From an uncultured virus (IMG/VR IMGVR_UViG_3300036961_000217) (Duplodnaviria; Heunggongvirae; Uroviricota; Caudoviricetes), in the IMG/VR virus record IMGVR_UViG_3300036961_000217: a DNA stretch of 64,000 bases, one strand, 5' to 3'. Below the pieces are notes generated by a model that was not told the DNA's origin, did not search any database, and saw nothing but the letters and a program-made list of their open reading frames with translations. The position numbers and the translations under genes are program-made. Each line of letters starts with the position of its first letter. The first letter of the stretch is position 1. Positions 58,499 through 64,000 of this stretch are shown in pieces.

Positions 58499-61400
58499 AT
58501 CAGTTGGAGCTGCAGTATTTACAGTTGATGCCGATATTAGCAGATTCGATCAAAGACTTTCTGAGGCACAGTCTCGTGCTGTTCGTGCTGTCCAAGGCAT
58601 TAATGCATCATTACAGAGTATTCAAGGTGCTGACGTTGTAATTAATCAAGTTGGCACCTTGAATCTCAGTAATGAAATCAATCAGATTAAAGCGTATAGG
58701 GGAGAATTAGGTGCCTTAAAGACCCAATTACATACGCTTCGTAATACTCCTACAACAAGAGCTACTATGTTGGCATCTGGTCGTACTGCTGGATACGACA
58801 CTGGTGCAACTATGACATTGAAGAATTATGAAACTGAAATGGCTAGAGTGGTTGCAGGGGTTAAAGCGAAAGAATCACAAGTAGCGACTATTATATCGGA
58901 AACAACTGCTAAAATTAAAGCTTCAATGGCAGAAAGGGTTGCCGCGTCAAAACAGTTTCGCAATGCCATTACTAGGCAATATGAAAGATTGAAGGGTGGA
59001 TATTTTCCAGGAATTGGAGAACCTACTAAAGATATTACCGTTCCTGGTTTAGATCCAAAAAACATGAGAACAAGAGCCGTTATGTCCTCAACCGCTGTTG
59101 GTACTGCAAGTGTTGGAGCCACTAGCGGAAAATACTCTACTGGTTCTTACGCAGAAAGTGTATTAAAAGAAGCAGAATTGTTAAGATCTGGTTATGAAGA
59201 TCAATTGGCAATGATGGAAAAATATAATGTTAGACGGAATGCTGTTTATGAATCTGGAATACAGAGATTTCAAACCATATCGAGACAAGAGGAAGTCGCT
59301 TTAGAACAGCATAATGCTAAAATGAAGGCTTTGATGAAGAGTGGGTATCAGGGCATTGGTTTTGAAGATTATATAGATAGATATCCATATTCATCTGGTA
59401 AAAAAGCTACTGCTGTTGGCTCATTAGAAATGAGCAGGGAAGAAGTTAACTTTAAGAGGATTGCACAAAATAAAGCCAGGGAATATAGTAATATAGGTAC
59501 ATCAATGTTCCTTGGAGATTTTAAATCTTCAGAAGAAGCATCAAAAGCTCTCGCTAAAGTTAATAAAGAATCTACAGCTATGAGCAAAGCTATGAAAGAA
59601 GCGCACGAACCAGCTTCATTATTAGATCGTGCTTTAGGTCGTCTTAGCAGAACATTGTTTGCATTTACTGGTGTATATGCATTTGTAGAATTGATATCGA
59701 GTCTCCATCAAGCAGTTTCAGCCGGTGTTGAATTTAATAGAACGATTGAGAATACACGAATTGGTATGTCAGCACTTTTAGAAGCAGAAGGTCAATTTAC
59801 TCGAAGTGGAGCTGTCTTAACTGGTATCGATTCAATGAATGCTGCTCTTAATCAATCCGATCAAATCATTAAACAGCTTCAATATGATAACCTTCAAACT
59901 GTTGCCACGTTTGAACAATTAGTCAGAGCGTATCAATCTGCTATGGCTCCAGGTCTTGCTGCTGGTTTTGATTTAAAACAAATTAGGCAGTTTACATTGT
60001 CTATGGTCCAAGCTGCAGCTGCAATGCAGTTACCATTTGAACAAATGGCAGAAGAAATTAGATCTCTACTTCGTGGTACAATTACTCCTAGAAATACTAT
60101 TATTGCTACTAACTTAGGTATCACAAATGAAGATATTAGAAAATACAAAGGTGACGCTAAAGGTTTGTTTGATTTCATCATGGGCAAACTTGAAAAGTTT
60201 AATGCTTATGGACCATTGATGGCAAATACTTTTAGTGGTTTGTTTTCTAATTTAACCGATATGTTTCGACTGGTTGCTGGTACAGCTGGAGCACCATTCT
60301 TTGAATATCTAAAAACAGTCATGCGAGATTTGATTGAGTATCTTGTAGATATCAACAAGGAATCTGGGGCTATTACAATTAGGCCGACAGCACTAAAAGC
60401 TATGCAAGATTTTTATGAAATTATTCAATCTATAACTTCATTAATGCTAAATTTAACTAAAATGATGACTGGAATAACAGCTGCCCTAGGTACTATTTTA
60501 AGTCATATTAAATCGGAATTGAGTCCAATTCTATCTATAATAGAAAACATTATAAAGAAAAATGATGCAGCTAGAAAAGAGGTTGAAAGTAGAGGAGGTA
60601 AGTACGATATATGGAGTGATAGTGGATATATGGACGCAGGTGTTGAAGCTGCAATGGGAATTGTAACGGCACCAGTAGCATCGGTTTCTGAGGCGTATAA
60701 AAATAGTAGTGAGAAATTGCAGTCATATATGACACTATTAATTATCACTAAAAACGCTATGGATAGTTTAGAAGCATCTGGTGATAATCAATCCAAACTA
60801 TTTTACGAGTTAGCTGCTACATATGGAAGAACTAAAGTAGAAGTAGAGAATTATTCTAAGGAAGTCGCAAAGACAATAGATGAAACACATAATTTTGCAA
60901 TGGAAATGATGTATGCTGGTAATGCAATGGACAATATTGCATATAGCGCAACCAATGCCACAAGGGATATTGATGATTTTTATGCTGCTCTTAAAAAAGC
61001 CGGAGGCGTTGATCTTTCAAAAATGGGGGCGAGTTTAGATGATAAGATCGAAAATCTTGAAATAGAAATTGCTGCATTGGAATCTGGTGTCAAGAGAGGA
61101 GCCAGGGTTGATGCGACTGTAAAATTAGAAAAAGCAAATAGAGAATTGAAAAAAACGACACAATTGATGCAAGATGTCCCCGGTGTTTCTGATCCAGTAT
61201 TGGTAAAAGCTTTTAATCAAGCTAAGGATAATCAAGTAAAAGCGCAAAAATTATATGATTTAACTATCAAAAGGGAAGATATTGATGACTCTCAAAGGTC
61301 GGCGGAAAAAGCTTATCGTAAAAAAAGTGGTGGTGGAGGTGGAGGAGGAAGACCAATCTCGGTTGAGAAAATAGCTAATGAAATGCGTGAACTTGAGAAG

Positions 61401-62582
61401 GAAAAGGAGAAATGGAATAGAAAACTTTTAGATATGGATACTGATTATGACATCAAGAGACTTGAAGCTTCTGGACGAACTTTCGATGCTCAGATTATGC
61501 AGATCGATAAACAATCAAAAGCCCAAATGGAAGAGTACCAAAGCAATATAGATGATCTTCAAGCTAAAATTACAGAATACAAAACTAAAAATCTTGATGA
61601 AAATGCAAGAAACGAGTTGAATAAAACAGCAACAATGCTGGATTTTCTGAAAGAGAAGCAAGAAGAGTATAATAGCAAGGTTGAAAGAGAAGCAAATCTA
61701 GAAAAAGATCTTGCAAAACAGCAAGATCAAGCGAAAATGGCAAAAGATATTGTTGATCTCAATCTTCAATATGCTGAAATGGTAGGGACAAGAGAAGAAA
61801 TTTTAGCTCTTACAATAAAACAAATCGAGGCAGAAGCGGAGCTTCGTAAAATAGAAAATCCTCAATATGCTAAGGAAATAGAAAGAAACAAGAACGCGCA
61901 AATAGCTAGAACTAAAGCTTTGGAAGGAGACGATTTTGGTGCTGGTTTTATGGTTACAGCTCGTGACGCATTTCAAGAGCTTGGTGGTTGGGGCAAAATT
62001 GGTGCCGATGCATTTACAATGCTCTCAGATTCAATATCAAGTACAGCAGACACGCTTACTGAATTCTTAACAACAGGAAAGATTGAATTTGCTGATTTCG
62101 CCAATAGCATTATCAAAGACATGATTCGAATTATTACACAGCGACTTATAATGAATGCAGTATTTGGCGTTATTAATTTGATTAGTCCGTTAAGTGGAGC
62201 TGCATCAGGAGGAATCGGGAATTTATTATCTGGATCTAAAATTATGTCTACTCAAGCATTTCATAATGGATTGGGAACAGTAAGTAAGATGGTTCCTGAT
62301 TCGTACTTCTTCAATGCTCCTCGTCTTCATGATGGTCTTGCTGCCGATGAGTATCCTGCGATTCTTCAGAAGGGTGAAGCAGTTATCCCGAAGAATCATT
62401 CGTTGGCTAACACGAGCAATATTACCGTTAATATCACTCAGAATGGCGACAGTGGAAATGCCTCAGACGCTCAAATACTGGCAAAAATAGTTGCTAAGGC
62501 TGTTGATGAAAAGATCCAGCAGAGTTTTCGAAAACAGATGCGTAATGGTGGAATCTTAGATTCACATAAGAGGGTTGCATAA
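58491..62582 (+). CDS. Tape measure protein
   Basis: About 1360 aa, helical; TFSGLFSNLTD; lambda-H-like C-terminus. Confidence 0.93.
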   Translation: MAESVGAAVFTVDADISRFDQRLSEAQSRAVRAVQGINASLQSIQGADVVINQVGTLNLSNEINQIKAYRGELGALKTQLHTLRNTPTTRATMLASGRTAGYDTGATMTLKNYETEMARVVAGVKAKESQVATIISETTAKIKASMAERVAASKQFRNAITRQYERLKGGYFPGIGEPTKDITVPGLDPKNMRTRAVMSSTAVGTASVGATSGKYSTGSYAESVLKEAELLRSGYEDQLAMMEKYNVRRNAVYESGIQRFQTISRQEEVALEQHNAKMKALMKSGYQGIGFEDYIDRYPYSSGKKATAVGSLEMSREEVNFKRIAQNKAREYSNIGTSMFLGDFKSSEEASKALAKVNKESTAMSKAMKEAHEPASLLDRALGRLSRTLFAFTGVYAFVELISSLHQAVSAGVEFNRTIENTRIGMSALLEAEGQFTRSGAVLTGIDSMNAALNQSDQIIKQLQYDNLQTVATFEQLVRAYQSAMAPGLAAGFDLKQIRQFTLSMVQAAAAMQLPFEQMAEEIRSLLRGTITPRNTIIATNLGITNEDIRKYKGDAKGLFDFIMGKLEKFNAYGPLMANTFSGLFSNLTDMFRLVAGTAGAPFFEYLKTVMRDLIEYLVDINKESGAITIRPTALKAMQDFYEIIQSITSLMLNLTKMMTGITAALGTILSHIKSELSPILSIIENIIKKNDAARKEVESRGGKYDIWSDSGYMDAGVEAAMGIVTAPVASVSEAYKNSSEKLQSYMTLLIITKNAMDSLEASGDNQSKLFYELAATYGRTKVEVENYSKEVAKTIDETHNFAMEMMYAGNAMDNIAYSATNATRDIDDFYAALKKAGGVDLSKMGASLDDKIENLEIEIAALESGVKRGARVDATVKLEKANRELKKTTQLMQDVPGVSDPVLVKAFNQAKDNQVKAQKLYDLTIKREDIDDSQRSAEKAYRKKSGGGGGGGRPISVEKIANEMRELEKEKEKWNRKLLDMDTDYDIKRLEASGRTFDAQIMQIDKQSKAQMEEYQSNIDDLQAKITEYKTKNLDENARNELNKTATMLDFLKEKQEEYNSKVEREANLEKDLAKQQDQAKMAKDIVDLNLQYAEMVGTREEILALTIKQIEAEAELRKIENPQYAKEIERNKNAQIARTKALEGDDFGAGFMVTARDAFQELGGWGKIGADAFTMLSDSISSTADTLTEFLTTGKIEFADFANSIIKDMIRIITQRLIMNAVFGVINLISPLSGAASGGIGNLLSGSKIMSTQAFHNGLGTVSKMVPDSYFFNAPRLHDGLAADEYPAILQKGEAVIPKNHSLANTSNITVNITQNGDSGNASDAQILAKIVAKAVDEKIQQSFRKQMRNGGILDSHKRVA

Positions 62583-62583
62583 A

Positions 62584-63087
62584 ATGGCAGACGACTTCTC
62601 AATAGAACCTAGCTATGCTATCCAAATGGATGAAAATGTAGAGGTTAACAAGGCTGACTTTGGAGATGGCTATTCTCAAAGAACGGTTTCTGGATTAAAT
62701 AATATCAAGACGATTTGGAAACTGGTATGGGAAGGTATCTCTACAGCCAATGCCAATTCATTAATAGCCTTGTTTCGAGGGCGTAGAGGAGTCGATGTTA
62801 TTCTGTGGACTCCTAAAAGAGCAGTGACTACAGCAAGTAAGGTAGTCTATAAAAACAATCATTATTACTGCAAGCTGACTCATATTTCAGAAACAGGTAA
62901 TGCTCCAGGAAATACGACATACTGGGGAAGCTCTAGTGGAGCAACCGCAACGTGGACTAGCGGCATGGAATATTACGATGGCACATCCACAGAACAGAAG
63001 TGGATTTGTTCTAGTTGGTCGAGATCATTTAACTCCAATGAATTTGATACAGTGAGTGCTACTTTTGAGAGAGTCTTTGATCTTTAA
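62584..63087 (+). CDS. Lambda gpM-like distal tail protein with insertion
   Basis: FGDGYSQR..GLN, WTP, SATFERVF. Confidence 0.85.
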   Translation: MADDFSIEPSYAIQMDENVEVNKADFGDGYSQRTVSGLNNIKTIWKLVWEGISTANANSLIALFRGRRGVDVILWTPKRAVTTASKVVYKNNHYYCKLTHISETGNAPGNTTYWGSSSGATATWTSGMEYYDGTSTEQKWICSSWSRSFNSNEFDTVSATFERVFDL

Positions 63088-63096
63088 GGAGGCATA

Positions 63097-64000
63097 GTGG
63101 CAGACCATCCTTTTGCAACAGATGTTTATAAACCTGATCTTGGGGAAGAGGTCGAGCTTTTTATTCTTGATCCGACCGCAATAGACTCTTCTCTCTCAGT
63201 GATGTATTTTTGTTCATCTGTAAAATACAATTCTGCTGTGAAATGGAAGAATGCTGCCGGTGATGGATGGGTGGATTATTCTCCTATTCCTATCGAAGCA
63301 GAAGGTTTTGAGTCTACGGGCCAAGGCACATTGCCGAGACCTAAGATCAGAATCAATAATGTTGGTGCTTTGGGTGCATTACAGGGGCCTCTCTTCACGA
63401 CCATGCGGGATTACAACGACCTTCTTGGAGCCAAGATCACTAGATATAAAACTCTTGGTAAATATCTCTATGGAAATACAACTCAAGATTACGATGCCCA
63501 CTTCCCTCCTGATGTTTATTTGATCAATCAAAAGACAGCTCAAAATCCTATATATGTTGAATGGGAACTGGCTCCTTATTTTGACTGTCAGGGGATTAAA
63601 TTGCCTAGACGATTGATTCTTAAAGACATATGCCAGCTCAGATACCGGGTGTGGGATGCTGCCAATGCACAGTGGATCTACGATGATACCGAGAATGCCT
63701 GCCCGATTCAGAATCGACTGTTGACTGTAGATGGCAATGAATTTGATTTCTCAGAGGTTGGAAACTGGCATCTCGAGACTGGTTGGTCGATCAGTGGCGG
63801 CAAGCTCAATCACGCCGCCGGACACTCTGCGCCAGGTGAATGGTTCATGGCATACATTTGGTCCTTCGCCAAGCCGTCCATCGGCGTCTATTGCGAGTTT
63901 GACGCAACAGTATCGGCAGGATTGTGTTATTTCGGAATCTATCGTGAGGATATTCCTGGTTATGGCGGTTGGGGTGATGGTTGGGTGACTGTCAATGAAA
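63097..64000 (+). CDS. Lambda gpL-like tail tip protein, runs off the window (absent from ORF track)
   Basis: GTG with RBS; PIEAEGFE..G.G.LPRP, DLLGAKITR, VEWELA, LPRR. Confidence 0.88.
   Translation, partial: MADHPFATDVYKPDLGEEVELFILDPTAIDSSLSVMYFCSSVKYNSAVKWKNAAGDGWVDYSPIPIEAEGFESTGQGTLPRPKIRINNVGALGALQGPLFTTMRDYNDLLGAKITRYKTLGKYLYGNTTQDYDAHFPPDVYLINQKTAQNPIYVEWELAPYFDCQGIKLPRRLILKDICQLRYRVWDAANAQWIYDDTENACPIQNRLLTVDGNEFDFSEVGNWHLETGWSISGGKLNHAAGHSAPGEWFMAYIWSFAKPSIGVYCEFDATVSAGLCYFGIYREDIPGYGGWGDGWVTVNE

Noticed and set aside
63251..63988. Two short + strand ORFs in the track
   Set aside because: Out-of-frame shadows of the gpL-like gene starting at 63097

Overview
The whole window is part of a tailed dsDNA phage genome (siphovirus-like, HK97-fold head, lambda-like tail tip); no host genes, tRNAs or integrase were seen. 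Positions 1-24138 are minus-strand early/middle genes: many small hypotheticals, a Ski2/Hel308-like helicase, a pentapeptide-repeat protein, DUF932, a CCA-adding/HD enzyme, a Csx20-like putative ring nuclease, MazG and a GT10 glycosyltransferase. About ten similar long hairpins punctuate this arm, and a structured non-coding block and possible genome terminus lie near 17-19 kb. From 24251 the plus strand carries AdoMet decarboxylase, terminases (TerL with a LAGLIDADG intein), endolysin, portal, a prohead protease fused to an AAA+ ATPase, major capsid, two free-standing HNH-type endonucleases each with an RBS-sequestering structure, a group I intron splitting a capsid-adjacent gene, three tandem beta-helix paralogs, signal-peptide-bearing fibre-like genes in GC-rich cassettes, neck genes, two glycosyltransferases inside the tail module, tail tube, a frameshifted chaperone, tape measure and gpM/gpL-like genes. 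Family assignments come from recalled motifs, not database searches.
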